A stretch of DNA of 64,000 nucleotides from a virus. The DNA lies in IMG/VR virus record IMGVR_UViG_3300037346_000668, positions 18,936 to 82,935 of that record. One strand, written 5' to 3'. Position 1 is the stretch's first letter; each line of letters opens with the position of its first letter. The notes below the pieces were generated by a model, which searched no databases, was not told where the DNA came from, and saw only the letters and a program-made list of their open reading frames with translations. The position numbers and the translations under genes are program-made. Below, in pieces: positions 49,305 to 58,555 of the stretch.

Positions 49305-50219
49305 TTAGATAAGACATTCAACATAATCATTGGAAAGTGTTGCAAGGTTGAGATAAATATTAAAAGGCGTACTAGTAATAGTACCATAATTATAAGTTCC
49401 TGGGCCTATGTATGCCCCTCCACATCCGCCAGACGTAACTGTAGGTGGTAGATCCTGGCCGCAGTAGTAGAAATCATTAAGACAACCATCACCCGCAGAG
49501 AATCCTCTAGCAAAACTTAATGGATAAGGTGCTCCGTTTCTTATGACACCAACTAAAAGGGGTGAACCAATAATGAATACTGTTAATGCCTTAAGGGTCA
49601 TCGTTGTTGTTAATGATCCAGTAGCAACAGAAGTCCATGTCGATCCACCATCCTGACTAATAGTTATCTCCATATCATTATTTCCTATGGATACACTACC
49701 ATTCCTTTTAGCATAAATATTAATAGATACACTATCAAAACAAGGAGAATCATATGTAAGATTAACAGTGTCCCAATACCAAACGTCAGAGCCATCTGAA
49801 TAATAACCAGCCCCCGATATCAAGGTACATCCAGTAGGGAATGTTTGATCAAAAAGCAATGTGCCATTCCACTGATAATTTCCAGGATAATTAGAATAAT
49901 TAGAACAAGCAGCGACAGGATCAAATTCATCAAATCCATAAATAACGCTTATACAAGCCGTTGTTGTTGTGGTCGTACTAGTTGTAGTTGTCGTGATTCC
50001 TGATATACTTAAAAATATTTCGCTCGTACAGTTTACGTTATTAGATTTTACCTTAATCGTTGTTGCACCATTAGGTACTGTTGTAGCATTATATCCACTA
50101 ATAAGTGAAGCTCTAGATACACCGCTCTGAAAAGGAGCAGCATAGGAATCAATATTTGAATATAAATCAAATGGTCCAGTATCCAATCCTGGCGATGTTA
50201 ATGTTATTGTTACTGTCAT
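49305..50219 (-). CDS. Putative structural protein with a poly-Thr linker
   Basis: GITTTTTSTTTTTTAC linker between two Cys-containing beta domains. Confidence 0.65.
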   Translation of the reverse strand: MTVTITLTSPGLDTGPFDLYSNIDSYAAPFQSGVSRASLISGYNATTVPNGATTIKVKSNNVNCTSEIFLSISGITTTTTSTTTTTTACISVIYGFDEFDPVAACSNYSNYPGNYQWNGTLLFDQTFPTGCTLISGAGYYSDGSDVWYWDTVNLTYDSPCFDSVSINIYAKRNGSVSIGNNDMEITISQDGGSTWTSVATGSLTTTMTLKALTVFIIGSPLLVGVIRNGAPYPLSFARGFSAGDGCLNDFYYCGQDLPPTVTSGGCGGAYIGPGTYNYGTITSTPFNIYLNLATLSNDYVECLI

Positions 50220-50231
50220 TTTTTATTATTT

Positions 50232-53200
50232 TTAAGTTATCTGTATAGCATATCCAAGTTGAGCATTAGGTGAAGTTACATTAATAGTAGCAGTATATTT
50301 ACCAGAACCAAAAGTAAAATTGACTGGGCCTGCTATAGATCCAGCAGTTAATCTTGCTTGTCTGGATGTAGTTATCCCACTTCCTGGTGTAAATTCTATC
50401 CTAAATGTACCGGTCCTAGGTGGACTAAATGTATTATTCATAGGTAGTGTTGCAAAAGTATTGTTAGGTATAGATGCATATCCAGTAAAAAAATCATTAT
50501 AAGGTACGCTATTTATAAATATATTCCAGGTACCAGCTATTAATGAACCACTTTGATTAGACACACTAAATGTTCCATAAGGATTAGCAGTTGTTGTAGT
50601 GGTTGTACTTGTACTTGTTGTTGTACTCGTTGTTGTAGTTGGTGGTACATAAACCACTGCACTACCACCAGGTAAGCTACAATCAAACGGTGAGAATGTC
50701 GTAGTTGTTGTAGTTGTAGTAGTAGGAGCTAATGTTGTTGTAGTTGTCGTACTTGTTGTACTCGTTGTTGTACTCGTTGTTGTTGTTGTGCTAGTTGTTG
50801 TTGTACTAGTTGTTGTTGTAACAGGAGCACCACCAGTATACCCGAATTCAGGCAAAAGAAGTCCACTTCCACCGATCAATGAAGGTGGTGGATAGTATGG
50901 ACCATTAACTAAACCAATGCTGCCAACATCAACATTTATAGGTCCAGTTGTTGTTAATAATGAACCAGAATCATCAGGAATCACTCTATAATAAAAATTT
51001 GTTATGTTGGAATCGCCATTATTTAATTGTTCTGCTGCTCCTGAAAGTGTCAATTGATTATTAAAAGGACCTGTAACACCATAAAAAACAAGAGTACTTG
51101 GAAATGGATACGTTTCATTTCCTGTTGAGATTGATAGGTTATCAAATGTAAGAAGCGAATGCAATTCATATCCACCGAGCCAATCGTTATTGAATTCGTA
51201 ATCATACCATGAATGTGCATACCCATCATCCCATGTGCTTTCATTGAATATTTGCCAATTTAATCTTTTGGTTCCCCAGTATTTTAAATTAGGGTTAGGA
51301 TAATTTTTCATTTCCTCCTCCCAATAAACATAATAATCCATAGGATTAACCCCACCAGTTAATGACGGAGTAACAAATAACAAATCTATAGACCCGCTTT
51401 CTTCCGCTCTTAGCTCAATACCATTTTGATCAGCACCAAGTTCACTAGGTGCATATATTGTAATTGTCACAGGATCAGCCTGTGGATTTTCACAGGAAGC
51501 AAAATAATCAGGATATGTTCTAAGTGAATTCACAGAGGACGTTATCTCATTTGCAGTATTATATAAGCTATCGCCAGTCTGACTATATCCTATTAATCTA
51601 TTGTTAACATAGATTGATAGACTTCCTCCTCCCAGAACCCTCTGTGAGTTATATATAGATGTATTAACATAGAGTTTTTTAGGGGATAGCATTTGAAGCA
51701 GAATCCCACCCCATAAAAATTCAAGGGTAATTGGTATATTGAATGAATAAGAATCTATAATTGTTGCTGGCCATCTACCATTAATCTGAGGTATACTACC
51801 AGTTATTGTTACATAATCATCATCACTAAGATCATGAAGACCTGTTGTAGTGATCACAGAATATCCATACTGACCACTAATCCCTGCAATTTCAAAAGAT
51901 TCAACGCTTGCAATATTAAGGGTTATTTGGGTAATTGTTATATCACCATATGCACCAACCGATGACTCTGTTGTTCTAACATAAAGATCCTGGCCGTCGT
52001 CAGCCTTATTTCCATAAGTTGCAAAGTCTAGTATCTCCGAAGGTATTGTTTTTTTGACTTCATCCACGGTTGAACCTTCGGAAGGATACTCCCATATGGA
52101 ATCATACTCCTTCCATTCCCTATCAACATTCTCCCATAAATAATTCTCAACCTCTCTATATCTAGTCCAGGAATCGATATCCACGGTTTTAGGGTCGACA
52201 AATATAGAAGAATTCTTAATAACGCTGGTCTTTGCATTAAAGGCATCATACGTGTTACATATGACCTGATATTCTCCAGTGTAAGGTAAGAAGTGCGCTA
52301 GCTTATAATAGTCCACTATGGATCCTCTAAATTCGAAATGATAAGGTGTACCCGGTTGAGTTGCTGACTTATTTAGAATCCACTCAATTTCCATCATGTT
52401 AGAGAAATCAATATTTTTCCAATTCAGCATCGTATAATTCTGTGCAGTGGAAAAAATCTCATTCTCACCAAAGGTTCCACTAGTTGAATTATCTAATGCA
52501 ACATCATATTCACCGCTACTATAATAAACAGCAGTAACAGTACCAAATACACCGCTAGACTTAACTTTAACCCTATCACCAGGTCTATATGTAGGTATTA
52601 ATAACGCATCCCAGTTTATATTTAATTCGTTCCATTCCCATCTATCGGCAGAGATTTCAAGTATCACTGGCATACCAACTGGAGTATTATACATTTTTCC
52701 TGTTACAGGATCCGTATATGCGGGAGGATCAAATCTACCATCGCCAAGTTCGGCGATCTTTCCGTTCTGTTTAAGATCATAAAAATTACCAATAGCAGTC
52801 AATAATGAATTATTCTGTGCTGGTGTATAGATTTGTTGGGAATCCAATGGATTTATTATATTACCAAGATCTGATAACGTAGATGAAATTATTTCTATGG
52901 TGCCTGATAGCAAAGATGGATTATAATTGGAATAATAATGTATTACACCAGATGCTTCAGGAGCTATATACCATTCCAGTGAATTCCCACCAGTTGCCCC
53001 ATTATTAATTATTCCAGTTGGTACATTGCTTACCCACTGAAAGGAATTGCCACTTGGAAATCCGGGGAAAGAGGTAATAGAAAGATCAATTCCATATCCG
53101 GAAGGATCGTTGACGCTAAAGACATATTTTTTTCCTGCCTCTAACCTTAAAATTGGGTTATTCCCAGTAATTCCGTATGGTATATCACCAACAAATTTAA

Positions 53201-55043
53201 CGGCACTCCCAGTACCACCAGGAAAGGTAACATTCAGAGAATATGAATTGTTATAAGAACTAGGTGTCTGTATATAATTAGGATTTGGTCTTATATTGAA
53301 ATTTCTAAGATCCTCTATAAATCCAAAATCTGGATTGGGGAAAAATCCAAAATCATATCCTATGTTTATATCAGATCTAATCATCTGATCAGTCCATGAC
53401 CTGGTATTCTGGATCATAAAATAAACACCCTCACCTGTTATATCTATTATTCTTGCATTTAGAGGAAGATAATCCCTCTTAAGTCTCTCCTTTAATGCAA
53501 ATATTTTTATAAGGACCTCCTCCTGTGTAAACTTAAATGCATCAACAACCACTGGATATCCGTATTCATCAGTGTCATTGGTAGTCTTATTCAAATCATA
53601 ATAAAGACCAAATAATGATGTTTTCTTTATAGTTTTACTAGGAAGCTGTGAATTTTCAGATGTTACGTTAAGAACATAATTTCCCTTATTATCAGGTCCA
53701 TATGTCTGCGTAAGTTTATATTTTCCAGAATTCTCGTTATCCAAAACGTCACCAATATTATAAGACTGCGAATATCCATTGGCAGCTTGCTGAGTTTTTA
53801 TTTTATTAAGAAATGTCTGGTTTTGTTGTAGCGGAGATTCTAATTTTAAATTCTTATAATTCAGATTAAGCCAATACTCCTTTATTCTCATGTCCTGGTA
53901 ACCGAAGAACTTAAGTGCATTAATAAGACCCTTATAACTACCTATATAAGGAAATATATCATCACCAGCTATAAGTAGTTCTTTTCTTTTCTCGTTAATT
54001 TCAAGAAAGTTAGGAACAGGCTCAGCAGGATCATGGTCCCTCAATATTATCGAATCAGTATTATAGAATGATCTTCCAATATTTTCAAGTAGTACCTTAA
54101 ATCTTTCATCCTCTGCTATAGTTTGACCATAGAAATCTATTTCTATAACTTTTTGTGGTGTCCCTGTGGTTATATCTTCAACTATAAGTTTTCTCTCATA
54201 AACATTCTCAAGTTCAGCCGATGAGTTTAACGCAACATTTATTGCTATTGCGTCAGAAGTTACATTATTACTAACAATCAATCCATGGTCATAATAATCA
54301 GTTACATCCGAATCAACGGGAATAAGTATATTTGGATAGCTAACTATTAAAGGCTGACCGTCCCCTCCACTTAACTGATCCTCTATAACATACGTAAATA
54401 TAATTTCAGATACATCTACCTCCCCATAATTATCATTATACCATCTAGTTCTCCATTTTGCACCGGTGGAACCTATATTAGATGTATGCGGTAAACCATA
54501 TTCAAGCCCACCAGTAGTTACAAATTCCTGTACTACGAAAACCTGCTCATTCTCATAAAGACCAGTAGATATAGGATCAAAGTAAATATTACCTTTAAAA
54601 TAACCACCAGGTCTATTATCATAACTAGTTTCAAAATATACATTAGTGTCATAGCTTATTATACTTTGACCAAGAAAATTACTCTTGGGAAGGGTAAGCG
54701 AAAATGTCGAACCTATATTATATACCAGAGATATTTTACCCTTAAAATTGGTATTAGCTGTTGGAATATAACCATTAAGGTAAACAGTTGCACCTTTATC
54801 TATGAAATCATTTACCTCTATACACCAGGTATAAAGATTAGTACTAGTCGCATCCGATATATTGAAGGTAAGAATATAATCATCATTAGATTCTATCCAT
54901 TCAAAATATCCAGGGATATTAGCGGAATTACTCATTATATACGAGGATCTAACATCAAGGGGAGTTGGTCCCGTTGGTCCTATATAATCGAAATTTAATG
55001 GATTACCACTTTTATTATAAAAATTGAGATTTAGATTTGTCAT
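50232..55043 (-). CDS. Large baseplate wedge (gp7-like) protein with a C-terminal mucin-like Thr/Ser region
   Basis: GSYKGLINALKFFGY..I.EYW wedge-type motif; lies two genes downstream of the gp6-like gene; long T/S tracts near the C-terminus. Confidence 0.6.
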   Translation of the reverse strand: MTNLNLNFYNKSGNPLNFDYIGPTGPTPLDVRSSYIMSNSANIPGYFEWIESNDDYILTFNISDATSTNLYTWCIEVNDFIDKGATVYLNGYIPTANTNFKGKISLVYNIGSTFSLTLPKSNFLGQSIISYDTNVYFETSYDNRPGGYFKGNIYFDPISTGLYENEQVFVVQEFVTTGGLEYGLPHTSNIGSTGAKWRTRWYNDNYGEVDVSEIIFTYVIEDQLSGGDGQPLIVSYPNILIPVDSDVTDYYDHGLIVSNNVTSDAIAINVALNSSAELENVYERKLIVEDITTGTPQKVIEIDFYGQTIAEDERFKVLLENIGRSFYNTDSIILRDHDPAEPVPNFLEINEKRKELLIAGDDIFPYIGSYKGLINALKFFGYQDMRIKEYWLNLNYKNLKLESPLQQNQTFLNKIKTQQAANGYSQSYNIGDVLDNENSGKYKLTQTYGPDNKGNYVLNVTSENSQLPSKTIKKTSLFGLYYDLNKTTNDTDEYGYPVVVDAFKFTQEEVLIKIFALKERLKRDYLPLNARIIDITGEGVYFMIQNTRSWTDQMIRSDINIGYDFGFFPNPDFGFIEDLRNFNIRPNPNYIQTPSSYNNSYSLNVTFPGGTGSAVKFVGDIPYGITGNNPILRLEAGKKYVFSVNDPSGYGIDLSITSFPGFPSGNSFQWVSNVPTGIINNGATGGNSLEWYIAPEASGVIHYYSNYNPSLLSGTIEIISSTLSDLGNIINPLDSQQIYTPAQNNSLLTAIGNFYDLKQNGKIAELGDGRFDPPAYTDPVTGKMYNTPVGMPVILEISADRWEWNELNINWDALLIPTYRPGDRVKVKSSGVFGTVTAVYYSSGEYDVALDNSTSGTFGENEIFSTAQNYTMLNWKNIDFSNMMEIEWILNKSATQPGTPYHFEFRGSIVDYYKLAHFLPYTGEYQVICNTYDAFNAKTSVIKNSSIFVDPKTVDIDSWTRYREVENYLWENVDREWKEYDSIWEYPSEGSTVDEVKKTIPSEILDFATYGNKADDGQDLYVRTTESSVGAYGDITITQITLNIASVESFEIAGISGQYGYSVITTTGLHDLSDDDYVTITGSIPQINGRWPATIIDSYSFNIPITLEFLWGGILLQMLSPKKLYVNTSIYNSQRVLGGGSLSIYVNNRLIGYSQTGDSLYNTANEITSSVNSLRTYPDYFASCENPQADPVTITIYAPSELGADQNGIELRAEESGSIDLLFVTPSLTGGVNPMDYYVYWEEEMKNYPNPNLKYWGTKRLNWQIFNESTWDDGYAHSWYDYEFNNDWLGGYELHSLLTFDNLSISTGNETYPFPSTLVFYGVTGPFNNQLTLSGAAEQLNNGDSNITNFYYRVIPDDSGSLLTTTGPINVDVGSIGLVNGPYYPPPSLIGGSGLLLPEFGYTGGAPVTTTTSTTTTSTTTTTSTTTSTTSTTTTTTLAPTTTTTTTTTFSPFDCSLPGGSAVVYVPPTTTTSTTTSTSTTTTTTANPYGTFSVSNQSGSLIAGTWNIFINSVPYNDFFTGYASIPNNTFATLPMNNTFSPPRTGTFRIEFTPGSGITTSRQARLTAGSIAGPVNFTFGSGKYTATINVTSPNAQLGYAIQIT
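50590..50820 (-). repeat. Low-complexity ACN-codon repeats encoding mucin-like T/S tracts
   Basis: TTTTSTTTTSTTTTTSTTTSTTSTTTTTTLAPTTTTTTTTT...PPTTTTSTTTSTSTTTTTT. Confidence 0.9.
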
Positions 55044-55049
55044 TTTAAA

Positions 55050-55580
55050 TTAGAAAACTCTTTTATTGTTTCTTTTAACTGTATAATTAACAAAGTTCTT
55101 TATACCCTTTGTTGATTCTATTAGCCCATACACCACTCTTTCAAAATAGCTAAGAATTCCTTCCTTCATTGGATCTTTGTATATAATATTAGATAAACTT
55201 CTTCTAAGAATTTGATCCTTGTAATTAAAGCCATTGTACAAATTATCATTCTGTGAGTCCCTAATATCATATAGATTCTGATCCTGGTCAAAATCATAAT
55301 ACCTTCTCTCAACATTTTCTTTAGACATCTCCTTCATTATTTTCTTATAATCAGCGGAAGAAGAACAAGGGCCAAACATATACGAGCCATTAGCATTTGT
55401 TGTAATAGCACGATAGCCAGAACATCCCATATTATAAGCACGATTGGTAGCAAGTTCTATTGTCATATATAAATCTTTTGAATTATAGAAAGTAGTATTG
55501 GTTGTTTTTGGAATTAACCCTTTAACTGTATAATTAACACTAAGATCCTGTTCCGGAAAAAAAGGTGAATATGATTGCAT
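55050..55580 (-). CDS. Hypothetical baseplate-region protein
   Basis: 176 aa ORF between the gp6-like and gp7-like genes. Confidence 0.6.
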   Translation of the reverse strand: MQSYSPFFPEQDLSVNYTVKGLIPKTTNTTFYNSKDLYMTIELATNRAYNMGCSGYRAITTNANGSYMFGPCSSSADYKKIMKEMSKENVERRYYDFDQDQNLYDIRDSQNDNLYNGFNYKDQILRRSLSNIIYKDPMKEGILSYFERVVYGLIESTKGIKNFVNYTVKRNNKRVF

Positions 55581-55585
55581 TATTA

Positions 55586-57310
55586 TTATTTATTTTGTGC
55601 TGCTAATTGACTCTTAAGTTCGGTCGTTAGTCCGCTTCTAAAATTTCTAGGAACTATGGAGGAAACTGTTATATTAAGGGGTCCAGGTTTACCTGCTACT
55701 ATACTATCAGTAAAGAATGTTCCATTCCTATCCGACCATCCGCCTCTAAGTATAACAAGCTCATTTCTTCCTATTAATATATCACCAAAATTATCCATTC
55801 CTATAACCTCAGAGTATTGTGAATCACTAACGTTAGAAAGATCCTTTATTAACAACTGATTTGCCTCATTTTTTTGTCCAATAAAAAATAAAGAAACTGA
55901 ATCAACACCTTCTATACCCTCGACTATTGCTATAAGATCAGATTTTGGAATTTTATCTCTTCTTTTATTATTTAACATATAATCAGAAAATCTCTTTCTG
56001 ATTGTTTGCTTTATTGTCTCAGGATCATTTCCCTCAAAGATCGATATCACTACATTAACAACATATTTAGCTATAATAGGCTCGACTATTTTAACAACAG
56101 TAGTAGCTATCATTGATCCAGAGTCCTGTATAAGATTTATTATTTTTGTTTTTTGCTGAATAGTTAAAAGAAAATCTGCATCAGGTACACTAAAATAATC
56201 CTCATTTGTTGTAAGATTTAATGTTATATCAGGAACTAGGTAGAGATATACTATATTATCGTCATCCAAATAATCATCATCAAAAGTTGAAAATGCTTGT
56301 ATTTGTGAGAACACGCCGAATTTACTTAGAAATATCTCATAATTTTCAGGATTTGCAAATACAAAAGATCTACTTGTCTTTGGAGCAATCAATCTTATAA
56401 GAGCTATACTTTCCGGATTCGTACCAAATGTTGGATCTATATTATTTTTAATGTCTATATAAAGATTCAAATCAACCTCACCACCAAAAAGATCAGTACC
56501 AGTTGTTACAAATTTATACGTAAGTGGGGTTTCTTTTGTTGAATTCGTATTTCCACTTATACCACTAGTTTGTAAATATTCTATTCTTATCACAGATCCA
56601 CTAGGAGGAACCATACCGAAATTTGAATTACCAAAATAAAGATCTATACCCTCCTGTATACCACTTCTAACAAGGTAACCCTTACCATTTAATGGAATAT
56701 CATAAAGCGAATCATATCTTTTCCATTTTTCCTCATTTACATAAACATCAATATAGAATTGATCTATAAAAGCTCCTGATGTGGATGGAAGATTATAACT
56801 CTGAAGAGCTATACCAGTTCCAGTAACGGTAGCGGTCTCAAAATTTCCCTGGACTAGCTTAGTAGCTATTGAATTTCCTCTTACCAATGGCATAGTAACT
56901 TCATTGCTTCCAAATCTAAGAGAATAGATTTTACCATTCTGTAAACACCTTATCTGCGAATTATTCTTTATTATAACAGCACCGCCAGAAACGTCACCTT
57001 CCCTAGTATTCCATGAGATAGAAACCTCACCCTGAGCTGCTGATGCTCTTCCGGGATCATAGCCTGCAATTCTGGCTAAACTTCTTACAGAATAGTCCCT
57101 TGTTGCTTCCTGCATATTTAATTCTGTTATGGAATCCTCTATAAAATAGAGTATAAGCTGGGAAAGGTTTTGTAAAACGAAAAGTATTTGTCCCCATGCA
57201 GAGGCAACAGTAAAAACATTTGCTGTTTGGTTATACGTGGTTTGAAGAAAAGAAAAGGTATCACCCAATAATCCATCAATAAGTATATTATTTTTTTTAA
57301 ATATATTCAT
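55586..57310 (-). CDS. gp6: Baseplate wedge subunit, gp6-like
   Basis: EATRDYSVRSLARIAGYDP, YFGNSNFGMVPPSGSVIRIEYLQTSG..GN, PESIALIRLIAP. Confidence 0.8.
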   Translation of the reverse strand: MNIFKKNNILIDGLLGDTFSFLQTTYNQTANVFTVASAWGQILFVLQNLSQLILYFIEDSITELNMQEATRDYSVRSLARIAGYDPGRASAAQGEVSISWNTREGDVSGGAVIIKNNSQIRCLQNGKIYSLRFGSNEVTMPLVRGNSIATKLVQGNFETATVTGTGIALQSYNLPSTSGAFIDQFYIDVYVNEEKWKRYDSLYDIPLNGKGYLVRSGIQEGIDLYFGNSNFGMVPPSGSVIRIEYLQTSGISGNTNSTKETPLTYKFVTTGTDLFGGEVDLNLYIDIKNNIDPTFGTNPESIALIRLIAPKTSRSFVFANPENYEIFLSKFGVFSQIQAFSTFDDDYLDDDNIVYLYLVPDITLNLTTNEDYFSVPDADFLLTIQQKTKIINLIQDSGSMIATTVVKIVEPIIAKYVVNVVISIFEGNDPETIKQTIRKRFSDYMLNNKRRDKIPKSDLIAIVEGIEGVDSVSLFFIGQKNEANQLLIKDLSNVSDSQYSEVIGMDNFGDILIGRNELVILRGGWSDRNGTFFTDSIVAGKPGPLNITVSSIVPRNFRSGLTTELKSQLAAQNK

Positions 57311-57319
57311 TTCTTTTTG

Positions 57320-57691
57320 TTATGTTAATTTTAGTGTCACTAATGGACTTAGTCCACTATCAGATTGTATATTAAAATCAAGTGTTGCTACATCTCTTTG
57401 GGTACCAACATAAAATTTCAATTCGTAAGTTCCACCTAATGCTGCAAAAAGAGGAACATAGACCTTAAGATTAAGATCAAGTTCCTTTTTTATACTATAT
57501 TCGGAAAGCTCTAAATTGAAAATAAGATCCTCTAAATTTAAACCAAATTTAGGATCACCTAATACTTCACCCTTATTAGTAAGGAGTAGCATTTTAAGTT
57601 GACCGGTACAGATCTCTATTGGATCTGATACCTCTAATTGGTAAGGATTGTACTTTGGATCATTTGGATCTCTATTATAAATTTCTCTCAT
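57320..57691 (-). CDS. gp25: Baseplate wedge subunit, gp25-like
   Basis: LLLTNKGEVLGDPKFGLNLEDLIF is the gp25/GPW motif. Confidence 0.8.
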   Translation of the reverse strand: MREIYNRDPNDPKYNPYQLEVSDPIEICTGQLKMLLLTNKGEVLGDPKFGLNLEDLIFNLELSEYSIKKELDLNLKVYVPLFAALGGTYELKFYVGTQRDVATLDFNIQSDSGLSPLVTLKLT

Positions 57692-57707
57692 AGGGAATTA
57701 ATTCCCT
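57692..57707. promoter_or_regulatory. 16-bp perfect palindrome AGGGAATTAATTCCCT filling the gp25 leader
   Basis: Seen directly, between GATATATA and the ATG. Confidence 0.55.
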
Positions 57708-57708
57708 T

Positions 57709-57716
57709 TATATATC
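57709..57716 (-). promoter_or_regulatory. GATATATA putative late promoter
   Basis: 17 nt upstream of ATG 57691. Confidence 0.65.
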
Positions 57717-57760
57717 AATAAAAGAACAGATAGTGATATTCGAAATAATCTATTAATTTT

Positions 57761-58540
57761 TTAATTCCACTGAAGAAAATAAGAAGGAGTATTTTCTCCA
57801 TTAATCATATCCATGACCTCCTGTAACTCTGTATTACCCTGTGTTCCTATCTCAGAAGCGTTTATAGTAACACCACCAGGAAGATTATAGGTGAACACAC
57901 TAAGCATCTGCGAAAGCGCTATTTTGGATTTAGCTATGCAATATCTTACAAAAAGTTCATCGTCAAAAAGATATTCATCGGGAATAGCTACGTGACATCT
58001 AACAGAAACATCCATACCGCCAGCTCCAAATCCCTGAGCGAGTTGACCACCCTTACCCGATCTATTTGGATCTCTACCTAGTATAGTTAGTGCTTTTGTG
58101 TTTTTATTATATTTGTATGCAAAAGTATTTAACATGTATGCTTTTGCAAGATCGAAATATGAATACATAACAGTTCTATAAACCATATTATCTCCCATAA
58201 AAGGAGAAAGTAATAATTCAGAACCAAGTAATTTTGAATCACCGAAATCCCTATCAGGCGTACCCGATAGTCCAGATCCTCCAAGTTCTCTAACCTCGTA
58301 AACTCCAATTATAGATGGTGGAAGAACTATTTGTCTAGTTCTTTTAAATTCAGGATGTGCAAATATGGTATTTGTTATAACAAAAACTCTATCTTCTACA
58401 GCATACTGATAATTATCATAAAACCAAGCCTTGGCTCTTTTTATAATTCTTTCCATTTCTGTTGCATTCAAGCTATATGGTAATGCACAACTAAAATTTA
58501 ATGCATCTCCAATTTCTTGTACTAGTTCGTCTTGTGTCAT
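57761..58540 (-). CDS. gp13: Neck protein, gp13-like
   Basis: YCIAKSKIALSQMLS.F...LPGGVTINASEI...G..EL matches the gp13 C-terminal motif. Confidence 0.75.
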   Translation of the reverse strand: MTQDELVQEIGDALNFSCALPYSLNATEMERIIKRAKAWFYDNYQYAVEDRVFVITNTIFAHPEFKRTRQIVLPPSIIGVYEVRELGGSGLSGTPDRDFGDSKLLGSELLLSPFMGDNMVYRTVMYSYFDLAKAYMLNTFAYKYNKNTKALTILGRDPNRSGKGGQLAQGFGAGGMDVSVRCHVAIPDEYLFDDELFVRYCIAKSKIALSQMLSVFTYNLPGGVTINASEIGTQGNTELQEVMDMINGENTPSYFLQWN

Positions 58541-58555
58541 GTTAGGTTTTTATTT

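Noticed and set aside
50590-50820. Microsatellite or assembly artefact in the poly-Thr region
   Set aside because: Thr codons vary (ACA, ACT, ACG, ACC) and the frame is preserved, indicating selection at the protein level.
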